A stretch of 64,000 nt of DNA, taken from NCBI RefSeq assembly GCF_009914755.1, contig NC_060936.1; one strand, 5' to 3'. Source of the stretch: the human T2T-CHM13v2.0 reference genome, Homo sapiens. This document shows positions 11,841 through 27,775 of this stretch, piece after piece. Position 1 is the stretch's first letter. Every line of letters starts with the position of its first letter. The notes beneath the pieces were generated by a model, which was not told the origin of the DNA, searched no databases, and worked only from the letters and a program-made list of their open reading frames with translations. The translations under genes were made by a program, and so were the position numbers.

Positions 11841-13531
11841 CATGTGAGATCCCTCCAGGTTCTGACACCTGCTTAAATAATTTTGTGATTGCGTCTTACA
11901 GGGTTCCTTGAATTTCAAATTTCATAGCTAGAGACAAAATTACACAAAATTAAGATATACACATTTAAAATGATAATTGTCTCAAAATCCTTTAAAATAG
12001 TGCAATACAAATTAAAGGTCTACATACACTTAAGCCCAGTGAGTTAAATGACTTATAAAAATGGAGAGAGGGATAGTTTTAATATTGGATCCTAAGTCCC
12101 CTGTTTCTCTCTCCAGTACACTGCACACTAAACATCTGCCCAAACAAGCTCCAACTCAAATATGGTACTTTCCAAAACCTTTCAGCTTCCTTCAGGAATC
12201 ACCAAGTCTCATCCAGTCTGTGAACGCCGATGTTTGCTGTCATCTGACACTTGCTCTGGTTTGGTGTATCTGACATATTAAGAATGTCGTCTCCCAGTGC
12301 ACAAGGCCAATTTCTATAGTTACTTAGACCACCGCCCCCGTCCCCACCCCCAGAAAACTGGAAATCTCAGCTTAATTTATAGAATGCTCTGTCAACTCAA
12401 AGCAAAATAGAGAGCAGGTTCTATGTCTCCTGTCTTGACTAAAGATGAAGATGTCTTGACTAAAGGCTGGCTATTTACTCATTAGACTCTGGCTGCCTTT
12501 TCTGGATGAGGTGCAATCAAGACAAAGTCCGAGGAATTTCTCCTGCAGTACCATGGTCTCAGCTGGAAAAGAAGGCACCCTTTTATATCTATTCTGCTGT
12601 CATCCCACACTTTGGGATATCCTCGTAATCTCCTTTCATTATTCCAAATCACCAAAGTAAAAACACTCCTTTTTATATTCAAGACATTTACAACCCCAAG
12701 AAATGGAGCCAAGTAACTTGCAAGAATTGCAGGGGTTATTGGTGACTGGCAGAAACAGGATCCTAAAGGTAGGATTGGTGAGGAGAGGGGATACGAGAAC
12801 AATGACATGATGTCTCTAGGAGTGAGATGGAAGCAGAGTGGGATTATATTTACCACTTGTGAAGACATGAAGGGAGTAGGGAGAAAGATAGCTTAATTCA
12901 CCAAATCACAGTACCCAAGAACTTGATAGCACTGGTATGAGTTAAAAGAAGTAGTTTTAGGGAAGATAGAAGTAAAGCTTTAAACAACAGAGAATAATTT
13001 TTAAAAGTTAAGTAAACATAACATTCGTTACCAAATGAAGTTAAAACTAGTCGATGATAACTTTTAAAGTTGACATGAGAAATGAAAATATGCTGTCTTT
13101 GCAATCCTTCAGTCAGAGGTATGCATCTGAATGGACCCCATGTCTAACCTAAGGGTGCTTCCTTGAAATGGAAATTTAAATCTTTTTTAGGGTGATTTTA
13201 AGTTTAGGTAATAAATTAACTAGAAGAATATCTGGTAGTTGCATGAGTCAAATCTACCATGTTCCTTCCATATTCCAGCCCGTACCCATTTCATCTGTTC
13301 TGTCGCTCTCTCAAAACAATAACAACAACAAAAAAGCAGATGGTGGAGGGGAGTGAGCATTCCCGAGCTGCACTTCATCTAGATATTCTCTCCATACTTT
13401 TGGTAGCTACTCTAACAAACAATCGTTACAAAACCTTGATAGGACTCTAAAGACAGGCTCTGTAGAAGCTGGCCAAAGGATGTAGTTTTTAGGATAAGAA
13501 AGCCTGGATTTGACTTCTAGCTCTGCTGCTT

Positions 13532-13844
<313 letters not shown>

Positions 13845-15539
13845 TCTACTGCTTACTCTGTGTGTGGCATTTGATACGCTGTTTAAGCTCCTGAGCCTCA
13901 GTGACACAGGTAGGGATTATAAGTGTCTGCAACATACTAGATGCTCACTAAGTGTTAGAGGACTCTAACTCAGAGGACCATTAGATGAATTAAATAAGGC
14001 AATACCTGCCGAGCTCCTAGCTTAATGGCCTACATACTTTTAATGCTGTGGAGTACATGCACACACAATATTATTTCAAAAAATAGGTTCAACTCCACTG
14101 GTCTAGTGTTACTTCCACTTCTTCCCAATAACGAGGGAATAGATTGTTGAAAACCAAAGCAGAGGAGAGAATGCAAAACATGGAAGGGATTGACTCAGCA
14201 AGGCCTTGTCCAGTGGGAACTGTGGAACTGGCTGATGCTCAGTGTAGTTCTGACACTGCCACCCAATGGCTGCGTTACTGTTGAGCAAGCCATTTGCCTT
14301 TTTAAACAGAAGAGCTGGAATAGACCTGTACAATTTTGTGCTTCTAAATTATTTCATCCTTGAAATGAATAAACACGATAGAGAAATTATATAATTCAGT
14401 GTTTGAAGGAACACTTTGTTCTTAATGCAATTTTGCAAGAGTTTCTAGGGCTGATTGGTGTTTGGATGTCCATCCCTCAGCCAACAAACCACTAGCAAGA
14501 TGCCTTTTAAAAGCTTCATTCAAATAACTGCCTGCCAATAGGCCATGTCTGCTGTTGTTTCCCAGTTGTAGTCAAATAACTTGATTCATTCGAGTTGGAT
14601 GCTGATACACTTTGAAATCCTTAGGAGAAGAAAGTCAATCTTTTCAGCCAGGATTTGGTCAGTGAGAGAAAGCCCTCCTCCTCGTGGAAGGGATCAGCAA
14701 CTGAGCAACTCCTCTTTGTCCCATCGCCTAGTCATTACAAACCATGGAAATGGGATGAAATTCAGAAAAGGAAGTTTAGACAGGACGCAGAGGAAAAATG
14801 TCCAGGTTAACATGAGAGAGAGAACATCACAGGGAATGCCTTTGCTGATCAATCTAAGAAGAGAACAGGCTGTCAAATAAGTGATTGTTTCCACATCTGA
14901 TTTCTCCCTGATGGAAAAAAATGCAGTGAAATGTTGGCTGGGCTGACTGTGGAAATCTATTTCAACCCCGCCTGCTGGTGTTTGTTTAAGCGGTCCTGTA
15001 ACCAGAGTTTGTCTGAATCTCAGGGGCCTTGCTCTGACTCCAATTCTTCTAATTTATCACTCTCTGTGTTTCCTGTTTTCTCATAATCCCATGCTAATTT
15101 TTTTCATGCCTTTTATGGAATTTTGAAAGAGACTTTTATTTTGTTGAGAGGATAAAAGGGGTTTTCACTGGGGTTCTTTGTCTTTTGGTAAACCATAAAC
15201 CAGTGGGAAAAAGAATAGAATCAAAAGGAAGAGACAATAAGCTGAAGGGAACAAGATGTAATTTTTGGTCTTACTCTGTTTTGGGATAGCAATAGGAGGG
15301 CAGGGGAATGGATATGGGCTGGGGTGAGGGACTAGGAAGGATGAGAGTCTGATACGAACGCTCGTTTGTCTTGCTCCTCTACCAGACAGCAAGTTCTTTG
15401 AGCTTAGCCTCTGGCTCTTAGTCATCTTTTATTAATACACACAACAGCTTCTCATTGCTTACAGAATTAAGCTGACATCCTTCTCAAATTCACATGCATC
15501 CTAAATTCTCTGGTGCCATAATGAGAGAGTGGAAAAGAA

Positions 15540-15900
15540 CATGTGAATCCCACTCCATTTGTCACTGAATGATCCCTACTGTCTCTCAAATCCTCATTTT
15601 CGTCATCTAATAAAATATGGGCAATAATGGAAAGTAGCTTATAGAGTTGTAGTGAGGATTAAATGAGATAATTCATGTGAGGGCCTGGCTGGCCCAGTGG
15701 TGGCATATAGTAAATATTCCATGAAAGTAGCTATTATTATTATTATCACAGTGTCTAACTAATTACGTGACCCTCAATAAGTCATTTTTTCACTGTAACG
15801 TGAGTGATAATTCTTTTGTAAATTGTTGTAAAGATTTAATGAGGAAATCTTTGCAAAATACCCAGCAGGTGTCTGTGATGTAGTAGGTGCTTATTAATTG
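15540..15900 (+). mobile_element. Two adjacent MIR fragments
   Basis: gttgtagtgaggattaaatgagataat... and gttgtaaagatttaatgagg... Confidence 0.65.
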
Positions 15901-16184
15901 TTACTTCCCAGTTGTCTTTCCCATTCATTTCTTTCACTGTTTCCCTTCATGTAACCAATTCTAAAGCCAAACTGAGCAACTTGTTCCTGACGCACCCTTC
16001 AGTGTTTGCTATCACACATTTGCTCATTTTATAGTATCCTCTTTTTCTGCCTCTCTGTCTCTGTCTATACCAACTTTCCGTTGGGTATCTTTTAAGGCTT
16101 AGCTCAAATACCACCTGTTACATGATGTCTTACTTAAGCTTCTCAACCAGGTGTAATTTCTCCTCCCTTCAAAAACTCCCTTAG

Positions 16185-16710
<526 letters not shown>

Positions 16711-19469
16711 TGAAAGAAGAAAGAATTCTCTTGCTGAATTGCATTTCCAGTTAGATGCCTCAGTTTTCTCATAGTAGTCATGATACTTTTTCATTGATCT
16801 TACTGGATTTCAATACAGAACGTTAAGCTCCACAAGGGATATCAGGGATTGTGTCTTTTTCATCTTTGTATTCTCTATTTCTTACACATCATCTGGAACA
16901 CAGTAAGTGCTTATTTATTTTTCTGGAACTGAGCTGATCCTGCAAACCCAGTGCAATGTTTAAACACCACAAAAGCTCAGTGAAGTTACCCTTAACAATC
17001 CACTACAGCGGTCTACGAACCTTAACAGAAACATCTCTGCCTTTTGTGAAGATAGGAAATTGCTGTAATTTGAAATGCTAAATAACTACACTGTATGTCA
17101 AATAAAAGAAAAATGCTATTTCACTGTTATTTTTTGCCCTTGCCTTATGCAGCAATCCAACTACTAAATTAAATGGTTATCTTTTTTATGAAATAGCAAT
17201 ATTCCTGAGAAGTTTCCAGATAATGTTATAAAATTAAATTATGACATAAATACATGTAAAAATTCACTCTTTTTAAAGAAAAATCTTAGTGAAACTACTT
17301 GAATAGCAAGAATTCCTCTGGAAGGGTAAAGTAAGAAACAGTCCCTTACTGTGTTTGGATATAAACATGTGTTTTTCTTTGCATCTGTATTTTCACATAT
17401 TGATTAACAGGAGTGGACTTGTGCATGCCATATAAAATTGTGTAAAGAAGGTGACCCCGGGTAGAGCACCAAACAAGTTATGAATGTTAGAAGTTCAATG
17501 AAAAGAAAACAAGAATATTTGAAAGAATGCCAAGGGATAGAATTAATTGATTTAATACATTTTGCATTACAGTAATAGGAATAGCTAATATTTATTAAGT
17601 AGTGTTTTATTTCTTTGTTTTCTCCACTTTTTTTCTGGTCCATCAAAACAAGCCTCTTATCTACGCCAGACTGCTTAAAACAAAGCACAATTTTTAGTTT
17701 GAAAAAGAAAAGTATGAATGTATTATCTATAAGTAATAAACAAAAAGTTAATTTGTGAAAAAGAATATAGCTATCCCAAGACTTCTCTCTGCAAATTTTT
17801 TATGTTTGCAGAACATTTACCAAATAGCTGAAAGAAAGACAATTTTGTATCATCTTTCCTTTTCCGAGAAGTTGTGCTGTATTTGTTGGAATACATTTCA
17901 GTACTTTCATCTGATCCTCAGATGACGATGCCATATGATGTTTCTCACAGGGTCAGCAGCGAAAGAGGATTTCTGGGGATATGTGTTTCAAAGCCAGTGA
18001 TTCTTGGGAAGGAGTACGAACTCCGATACAAATACTGGCTCATCTCTATACCATGGACTCTCGAGAACAGCAGTGTTTCACCAGTTAGCATTTTGTTGCC
18101 AGAAATAAATCAAATGGACAATGGTGCAAAAATAAAAATGTTCCTGGAACAACTGGAGGTCAGTTTTGACCTTAGGTAATCTGGCAATTTTGCTTGGATT
18201 TCTCAGTGCCTACATTTGATCTCTAAATTATGCTTTGTGGCTGAACTCACCCTTTCTAGGGCCAGACACAGTTTATCTGGCTAGGATTTTTGCTGTGTAG
18301 GTTTAAAGATAAGTAAAATATCTGACTCACTGCTCATCTTGCCAGCGTGTCTTTCTGTTGCACAAAAAGATAGCAACAACATAAGCTGCCATGAATAGGT
18401 TTGGCAAGGCTGACTAGTAGGAATGGTTTCCATATGGTGTAAGATTAGAATTAATTGCTCAAACACATGGCAGTTAAAGAACCCTAAGGTGTTTCAAGAG
18501 TCCTGAAAGAAAAGACCAAGAAAGGAAAAGAAATTAAAACACTTCAGTGAGTCTCTAAATAAATTTATACAGGCCATAGCATATTATTTAAACTATCTGG
18601 GGCCTAAATGATGTTTTAAGGAAAAACATTTTACTTATAGCATGCACGGATATTTAAAAAATAAAATACATGCATAAAAGAAGGCAATTTCTATTACTCA
18701 TGTAGGCATCTTTGAAGAGGACCAGGAATAAAATGTATGCAAACAACTGAGCAAATCCATAATAAAAATTCACACATGCACGTGATTATAAAACATAGTT
18801 TAAAATATTATCTTGATATAAATAATATAATTTATTTTTATAAAGTTCTTATGGGAAAATGGAGGCTCAGAGGTGTCAACTGATTTTGTCCAGAGGGACA
18901 CTAGGGGCTTTCATGCCTTGGACTTTACCTGACTTAGAATAGTTCTCTGTGTGCATATTTATGTGTTTGTGTATATATTGTTTATATTAGATTATAGATA
19001 TCTAAAGAGTGAAGATTATGTTCAACTCGTAGTTGTATTCCAATATAACACATGCTACATTGCCTGGCAAATAGTAAGCACTTAATAATTATTTGCTAAA
19101 CTGAATTTATAAAAACAAGTTAACATATCCATGATGGGAATTTCTCAGCATAATCATAATATTTCATTCATTTGCTCATTTATTCTACAAACACAAACTA
19201 TTGTATGCCAAATACTGTTAGAGTTGATATCTTTCCTCAAAAAAATTACACTTGATAGAGGGATAAAAAGTCTTGTAAACAAATGATTATAAGCACATGG
19301 GAAAATCTTTAATCAATTATGTAAAAAGTATTTTACTGCAGAAAGTAGTCCTAATATAGTGGCAATTCTAATTAATGTAAATGGGCCAAACTCGCCATTT
19401 AGGTGGGGAGGTCTAATGTGTGGTCTCTAAGAGAAACATTTAAGATACAGCAAGGTTTGAAATACATTT

Positions 19470-21120
19470 ATTATACTATTCTTGTCCTATTTTGATAAAA
19501 AATTATGCTAGCCTTATAATATGAGTTGCAAAGACTTTCTTCTTTTTTCTATTCTCTGGTACAGTTTATGTAAAAGAGAAATCTTTAAATTTTAAAAATA
19601 TATTAAATATTGTTTCCTTTATGACTTACAAATTATTTAGTAGTGTTTACGACTTGCTAAATGCATGGGTTTTAAAATATTTTGATATTGATTCCTAGAA
19701 TTATTGCATATTAGATAATGTGATGATTATTAAATTTATTCTTTGGTATTTTTCAAGGCTTTTTATGGCCTAATAAATGGTCAACTTTTATAAAGTTTTC
19801 ATATTTGCATAAAGGTTTATTCTTTAATTATTGGATGCAAAGCTGTATAAATGCTTATTTTAGCAAGCTTATTAATTAATTGTATTACTCAAAACTTCCT
19901 TGGCTTTATTAAATTATTTTTGTGTGCTTGATTAGTTCATTAATGATTAAAATATGTAGTTCTAATTATAGATTTTTCAAATCTTGCAATTTTTCCAATT
20001 TTGCTTTATATGTTTTGAGGATATAGTTTTAGGTACTACATATAAGTTGAGAATTTTTATGGACTCCCAGTTAATTTTTCCTTCAGTTGTCATTCAATAT
20101 CTCTTGTCTATAACAGTGCTTTCTACCTTAAAGTTTATAGTAACTTATATTAACTAAATTTCACTATAACACTTTTCTTTAGCTAAGTATTTGGTTGCTA
20201 TCATTATTTTCTAACTCTTTTATTTATATTTTTATAGATCCTTATATCTTATTTAGCTGTCTTGTTAATGCATATCAATAGAATTTTAAAATTAAGGTAA
20301 TTTACATTTATTCTCATTATAATATTTAGGTTTATTTCTAAGATATTATTTTGTGCTTTTATTTGCTAAGCCTTTAATGCTTATTTTTTAAAAAAGTAAT
20401 TTCATTCTTCTATTGGTTTATGTGACACTTCTTTATTTAATTGTATCCCTTTATTAATTTGTAAATTTTACATATAATATCTAAATTTTTGTTTCTTTGT
20501 TTGTTTTGGAGACAAGGTCTTGCTCAGTTTTCTAGGCTAGAGTACAATGATGTGATCATAGCCCACTGCAGCTTTGCACTCCTGGCCTCAGGGGATCCTC
20601 CCACCTTAGCCTCCTGAGTATCTGCGATAACAGGTGAATGTCACCACATCCAGCTTATCTAATTTTTTAAGAGAGTTTCTTTGAATTATTAACATCTATA
20701 TTTTCTTAACACAATAACAAATTAATCAATACTTCTATATACCTCTTGAGCAATGCAAGGAAGTTTAAATGTTTTAATGACAATTAAAGCACTGCCATAA
20801 TTACTCACTATTATCCTTAATTCTTTATACAGTCATCGTGTGCATTGATTTACATGCATGCTTACAATCTCTTTGCATTCAATTTTTTCTATGGTTGTAC
20901 AATTTTTCTGAAGTAAAGCTTCTATCAGCGGGGTTTGTGAGTGGTAAGCAATCACAATAATTGTCTAAAAACAGACTTATTTTGTCTTTCCTCTGAAATG
21001 ATAGTTTACTTAGAAATACAATTTTAGTTTGAAACTTGGTTTCCCTCATACTTTGAAGATTCTTTTTTATGATTTTCTGGTTTCTTCTAATGCTGTTTCA
21101 AAAATCTGAGGTCAGCTTCA
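19470..21120 (-). mobile_element. Old L1 (L1M/ME) fragments with an inserted FLAM/Alu monomer at ~20490-20655
   Basis: T-rich degenerate L1 motifs; monomer flanked by tatctaa(a/t)ttttt repeats. Confidence 0.65.
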
Positions 21121-21329
21121 TAGAGGAGACAAACACTAAAGTAGTAAAATAAGTAAGTAATTTTATGTGAGGTAGTGGCAGATGCTAAAAGGAAACAGAA
21201 GCATCAGAGGAATTACTTTGAGGGTCTGCACTGATTCCACATAATCTTCAGTTCACTTGTTATCATTAGGATGTTTGTCTGGATTAGCTTACCCTACCCA
21301 CCCCCAGTAGATGTTCATCTGTGTGTTGT

Positions 21330-22230
21330 GCTGTGTTAACGAACAAGATGAGTAGATTGCGACCCTGGTGGGACACACAGTTTTGTGGAATGCGATCATC
21401 ATAAAAACGTGCGATTATGAAATTTGATAAAGTTAATGAAGGAAAAGTATAGACAGTTAGGAAAGTACATGACAGAGGATCCAGACTTAGTTTAGGGGGT
21501 TAGAAAAAAATTCTTAAAAAGAATGTTTGATCTGCAATTTGAAGTATAAATGAGAGTTAAATGGATAAAGGGGGAAGTAATACCAGAAAGAGAGAGTCTT
21601 ACAGGCTGAAGGAACAGTAATTATGTAAGTTGTAAGGTGGAACAAGGCTTGAAGTATTGAAAGACACATGATGAGGCCGGGGATTTAGGCAGGTCCATGT
21701 AAAAATGCAAAAGAACTGATTTTTTAAAAAGATCTTGAAGTGATTGGAAATGATTAAGAACTTTAAGAAGGACAAGAGAGACATAAACAGATTGTGTTTT
21801 TTATAAATGAATCTGGAAGCACTGTGGAGAATAGATTAGAGACTGGTAAGAGTTAATGCAGGGAAATCAGCTAGGGGTCGGGCACTGCAGCAGCTCAGGT
21901 AAGAGGTGATCATGACTTAAACCAAGATGAAGTGTAAGAGGAAGAAAGAAGAAGAGGGATATGGAAATTCTTTAGAAGGTGGTGGTGAACCAACGAATGC
22001 AGGAGTAAAGGTCTGGTGTCAAGCATGGGTCCTTTGTTCTGGATTGCACAATTGATGCTAATCTAGAGCAGTTCACAGTTTGAAGGGAGAAATATAAGCC
22101 AGTATAAAGAGTTGAGATGTTTTTGTGATATCTAGATGGAAAGATAGAGTAAGCAGTAGGAGTTCCGTGTTTAATCTTAGCTGGAAATGCAAACTTGAGA
22201 GTCATCATCCCATGCAAATAAAACACTGCG
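21330..22230 (-). mobile_element. L2
   Basis: Purine-rich L2 motifs (gaaggaacag..., caggtaagaggtgat..., gagttgagatg..., gagagtcatc). Confidence 0.65.
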
Positions 22231-24408
22231 ATTTATTTTTTCAAAATTAATGGCAATACCCTTTTCCCTAAATGGGTCCCACCTATCTTCCACCATAGAA
22301 CCAACCATTTGGTACTCAGGGATAGATGAAAGAAATGAGCCTTTAGGAGCAAATGACCATAATTTCCCTTTGCTTATTATTTTTTGACTCTTTCATGAGT
22401 AACAGTAATAAGACCAAACAATATGTTGCACAATATCAATAAAACTGAGTTATATAGACAGAGTTTAAACCACATAAGCCCATTGGGTTGATTTGCACAG
22501 AGTAGGCGATCAATACATATTTGTTGTTTGACCAAGTCACACTAAAAGTGTTGCTAAATCACTTCCTTAATGTTGGCTTATAATTGGGTTTGTTGTCAGA
22601 AACATGACTGTAGCCATAAATACTTTTGTACTCCTCTTTAAGCAGACAACAGAAAGCCCTTCTCCCCCTGGAGGCTGACTTTGGCTACAAAGGCAGTTCA
22701 GTGACCTGGCATAACCTCAGATCCACAGCTTCAGGCTGTCACTGAGCCTTTGGTGGGCCATGGGCCTTCTCAGCTAATATAATTTGGCAAACACAAAGTA
22801 TTTTATGAGAGAGGCAATGTGGAAAGAACTCTGTAATTTTGCAAAAAATTTTGCCAATGTTTTTAACCACTCAACTTCCCAAATACTCTGCTTCGGGCAA
22901 ATTAATTTACAAATGTCTTGTATTTTCCATGTCTTTTTCCATTCTCTCTTTAGGGATCAAGGATTCAACATGAACTCTAGTCTTAATAGTCTCAAAGGAT
23001 CAGGCTGAGTCCTCTGGAGGGACTAGAAACAGATACAATGTAAGAGGCAAGTTAAAATTGTTATCAAGGAAGGGGACCAAGGAATAGAACCAGGGAAACG
23101 ATATTATATGTTGGATCTTAGAGTGTGAGACTGTAGATGGGAAATGTGGCAGGAAGTCGAGAGTTGAGATCAGCAGTAGGCCTCTAGGCCTAGTGCAAGG
23201 TTATAAGAAAATGGAAAAAGTCCAAAAGGTAGCTCCGAATAAACAAGGGTGTCAGGAGTTTCTTCCAGTGGGGCTGGGTAGCTGTAGGGGACGTGATTAA
23301 AAGCTCAGGATCATTTCAGACACCTGGGTCCCTTTGTGTTACACCACTCCATTCTTTTGGAATGCCTTTTCCCGTCTTTGCCTGCCAATTCAATTCTGTT
23401 TTCTGTGGACATGTGACCACTGATAGAGGATTTAATTAGCCTGAGAAATATTTGGGTAAAAATCTATTTTCTAACAAAATGCCAAATCATTATAGCATGT
23501 TTGTTTTAGGAGGCAAATTTTGCCACCTTTTACATGCCTTAAGCATTTTGCCCCTTTCCCCCAGAAAGTCTAAAGAATCTTTCTCTTCTTTTACTTTTGA
23601 AAAATTTCTAATGGATTTTCAGGAAACAGTTACCTAAGGTGTTTTAGTCCTATTTTTAAATGTAATGCATCACATATTTATTGCCTGTGAACCTGCTTGA
23701 AGTTAGGAACCATGTTTTATTTGCATTGCTTTATATACTTGGTTAGGCTAATAAAATGAGAATATCTATTATTTATCAAATGCTTAATTACGTTACCTAT
23801 ACTATTTCTAGTATTCACAGAAACCTTTCCAGGTATGGGTGTTACTTCCGTTTTAGGCTTAGAAAGGCTAACCTGCTCAGAGATAGAACCAATACATGCT
23901 GGAGTTGTAATCAGAACTTAGATCTCAGCTCTCTTCATGACTCCACACTGCCTTAAATATTTGTTGATTTGATTAATCTAAATTGTTGGTTACACAGTTT
24001 ATGTCCTTTACCTCTTAGGGTTTCTGCGATCATCCCCAGAGCCAGACTGGCTAGGAGCCAGTAAGAAGAGAGGAAAGAGAGAGAGAGGGAGATATTGAAA
24101 CCACATTTTGTGCCTTGTCATTTCACAAGGAAAGAAAGCTTTAGTTTCTCTCTTTATTTTTGTTTTTATCTGTCTTCCCTTTTTAATTCTTGGCCCTATT
24201 CCTTATTCATTTCTTATTTATTATTATATTCTTTTTCGTTATTAAAACATCCATTTATAAAAAAAATTTTCTTTTATTGTTTACTTATATGAGTAAATGC
24301 CTTGGTCTAATCTAAGCTTACAATTTCCCAAAGGTTCTTTAGTTAACTAGCTAAATTCCAAAAAGTTAATTTGCCCATAGGGGGCTAATTTATATGGTCT
24401 TCCTAGGG

Positions 24409-24410
<2 letters not shown>

Positions 24411-24446
<36 letters not shown>
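24411..24446 (+). repeat. (CA)n microsatellite
   Basis: Pure AC run of ~18 units. Confidence 0.98.
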
Positions 24447-24448
<2 letters not shown>

Positions 24449-25069
24449 TCTTAGGGGAGAAAACCAATAGGTTATGACAAATTCATTCGTGAAGGTAAGT
24501 AAACTAAGTTTGGAAACTGAAAAGTTAAACTCTGTGGAGTCTCTTGAATTGCTCAGTTCTGGTCCTGAGGCTCAAGTCCCCACTTGCTGTCCCCCCAGCT
24601 CTGTGCTCAAAGACCTTCTTCATGCCTCAGACAGCTCTGTGCTTTCTGGCTGGTCACTGTCATGTGTTCACACATTTTCAGATCAACATGAACAGGGTGG
24701 CAGAAAGAAGCTATTGGGAACTAGTGTTTGGATGTATCCCAGAGATATTTAAACTATATATTGAGTTCCCAATATGTGTTATATGTTTTTTTTTAAATAA
24801 GCAAACATAGAAATTAATGGTGGTAATAAGATGTGATTAATTCTATATTAGTCAGGTGTATCACCATGTGTTAGGGGAGCCCAGGAGCATGAGGGAGTTT
24901 CCAGAGACACCCATTTCATGACTGATGAGAGGCTGCCAGCGAGGGAAGGTGGGGAGTGTATTCTAGGTGGAATGAACAGCTAGTGCCTTAGCACAGACCA
25001 GAAACAAAGAAAAAACACAGAAAGCTTGAGACGTATGTGACTTCTGAGTGCTTTGGGATATTCCTCAAT

Positions 25070-25300
25070 TGTAATAACTGAGGCTTGCTCTGTGCCAAGT
25101 CACCTTCCAAGTGCTTAACTTGTGCTGCTTATTTAAATCTTCACAATAAGGCTATAAGGTTAGTTCTGTTACTATTCGCACTTCACATTGCAGAAACTGA
25201 AGCACAGAGAAATGAGACTTGTGAAGGTTCACACGGTAGGTAAATACTCAGGTTCTCTACCCCAGAGCCTTTGCGCCTAACTGCCACACTATGCTCTTCC
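25070..25300 (-). mobile_element. MIR
   Basis: gaaactgaagcacagaga core. Confidence 0.65.
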
Positions 25301-25530
25301 AAGTGTTTGCTGGAGAACAATAAATATTTACTAATGTATTTCTTCTTGCAGGCCACTTGTGTCCTTCACTAATCAGAAACTTTTATATTTTAATGGTACT
25401 TCACAAAATCCCCTGAGAAGAAAAGAAAGAGGCAGACCCACCAAAAAAAGGAAAACCCCAAAGGTGAAAAGACAAGGACTGAAAACAAACTCGACCCTGG
25501 ATTGAGTTACAGCATCAAATACCCTATTGC

Positions 25531-26250
25531 TGATATGGAAGCGCTGGGTAGAGGAGGGCGTGGTCCCTCCCTAGGGCTCCACTCCCACAGACCTAGGTGA
25601 GGACAGGCATTTCCTGCCCAACTGTTGCATTTCCCAAGACCACCCTGGCCTGCCATGCCCCCATCTTGTGCCTATAAAAACTCCCAAGACCCTAGCAGGC
25701 AGACTAGAGGCAGCTGAGCTGGACGTCGAGAGGAACACACTGACACTGGCACACCTGCAGGCCACCGACCGGCAGAAGCAGAACGACACAAATTTGGTAG
25801 GGACAGTTAGAGGAGAGTCCAGGCTGCTGATCAGCCAGACTTCAGGGGAAAACCATCTCCCTTCTGGCTCCCCCATCTGCTGAGAGCTACTCCCATTCAG
25901 TAAAACCTTGCACTCATTCTCCAAGCCTCGGTGTGATCTGATTCTTCTGGTACATCAAGGCAAGAACCCAGGGTACAGAAAGCCCTCCGTCTTTGCAGAA
26001 GATAAAGGGTCTAACTGAGCTTACGCAAGCCGACTACGGATGGCTAAACTAAAAGAGCACCCTGTAACACACACCCACTGGGGCTTCAGGAGCTGTAAAC
26101 ATTCACCCCTAGACACTGTCATGGGGTCGGAGCCCAACAACCTGCCCATCTGCATGCTCCCCTAGAGGTCTGAGCAGCGGGACAATGAAGAAGCGAGCCA
26201 CATCTGCATCGCACACCCTGCGAGGGGGACAAGGGAACTTTTCCTGTTTC
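25531..26250 (+). mobile_element. ERV1-class solo LTR (LTR1/LTR28/MER52-like)
   Basis: Starts TGATATGG; GC-rich; TATAAAAA ~25674; AGTAAA ~25899; ends ttttcctgtttc. Subfamily uncertain. Confidence 0.8.
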
Positions 26251-27164
26251 GACGGGACAGGAAGTGTTACAGGCCACCATCTTTAATTAGAAAGGCAGTG
26301 AGTGCCAAAAAACAAGGAATGCAAGATTCAGACTAAAAATGTGTCTCATTCGCTAGGATAATTGTGCCAACTTTCGTTATAGGAAGCCAAAAGATCCTAT
26401 CAGGGTAGTTATCAGATCATTAATTTTGTGTCACATACAACCTGTATTGTTACCTTTAAGAACTTCCTGTATCCTCGGCTTCAAATATTTCAGAAAGTGG
26501 TCAGGTGTAGTACAGAGATCTGGGGCAATCATTGCATGTTGGAGTCCCGGATTCCAAGGGCTTTTGGGAACAGATTTGTGAGAAAAGAGTGAAAAGGAAG
26601 CAAGCAGGAGGATGTTTATTTTTAATAAAGGGACCCTGCCCTAACTTCCTGAACTAAAACCAGTCTAGACTTGTTTTTTCCATTTTACACAATGTCCGTA
26701 ACAACAGAATACATTTATTAAAACCAAACAAACTGGGGGTTGAGTTTTGGCACAGAAAGTCATACAGAAATAGAATCGGCTGCTCTTGAGTTGGGGTGAG
26801 TGATTGATTTACAAACCAGCAGTAGATTAAGGCTGCACTGGCCTTAACTGAACTGAAGTTATTTTCATTATGAAGAGACAATAGAGAGGCAAAATGTCTG
26901 GCCTGGTGCCTGGGACATGAACTAGTTAGTCTATCAATTCTGACCTCCTTTTCCTTCAGTTTTCAAAACTCAAGAGATTAGAGCTAGGAAGGACCCTTAT
27001 GGCATTTTCTTCATAACTGTGTGGAGAAAACTGAGTCTCAGAGAAGTTAGATGTTTTTGCCTCTGCATTCACAGCCATAGATTAAAGCAATGTATCACTA
27101 AATTACCAGACAGTACCTACAAATGGGGAGATTTAATTTTGGCTTCTGTCGGTTGGGAACATAA

Positions 27165-27515
<351 letters not shown>

Positions 27516-27775
27516 CACAGTAAACTCTTTAGTAATTGGTAGACTCTGTGTTTGGAGATTATCTGGCTTCTTCCCTCTCCTTCTCAGCCATTTTAGGGTG
27601 CCTTCAGTAGTGCTTCAGCATTTAGATGCAGGTAGGTGTGTACTTAATCAACGTTTAAGGAATGTCTGAGTCCAGGCCAAAGTCAATGTGTATTTTTACA
27701 TTTCAGAATGCTTTCCATTCCTCATCTCGCTTAATCCCTACAGTATACTTATAAGGAGACAGAAAGTTAATTTGA

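Noticed and set aside
12431-12465. 14-bp direct repeat tgtcttgactaaag
   Set aside because: Ordinary small slippage duplication.
12482-12868. 128-aa minus-strand ORF
   Set aside because: No recognisable homology in the frames I read and no convincing splice structure; length compatible with chance.
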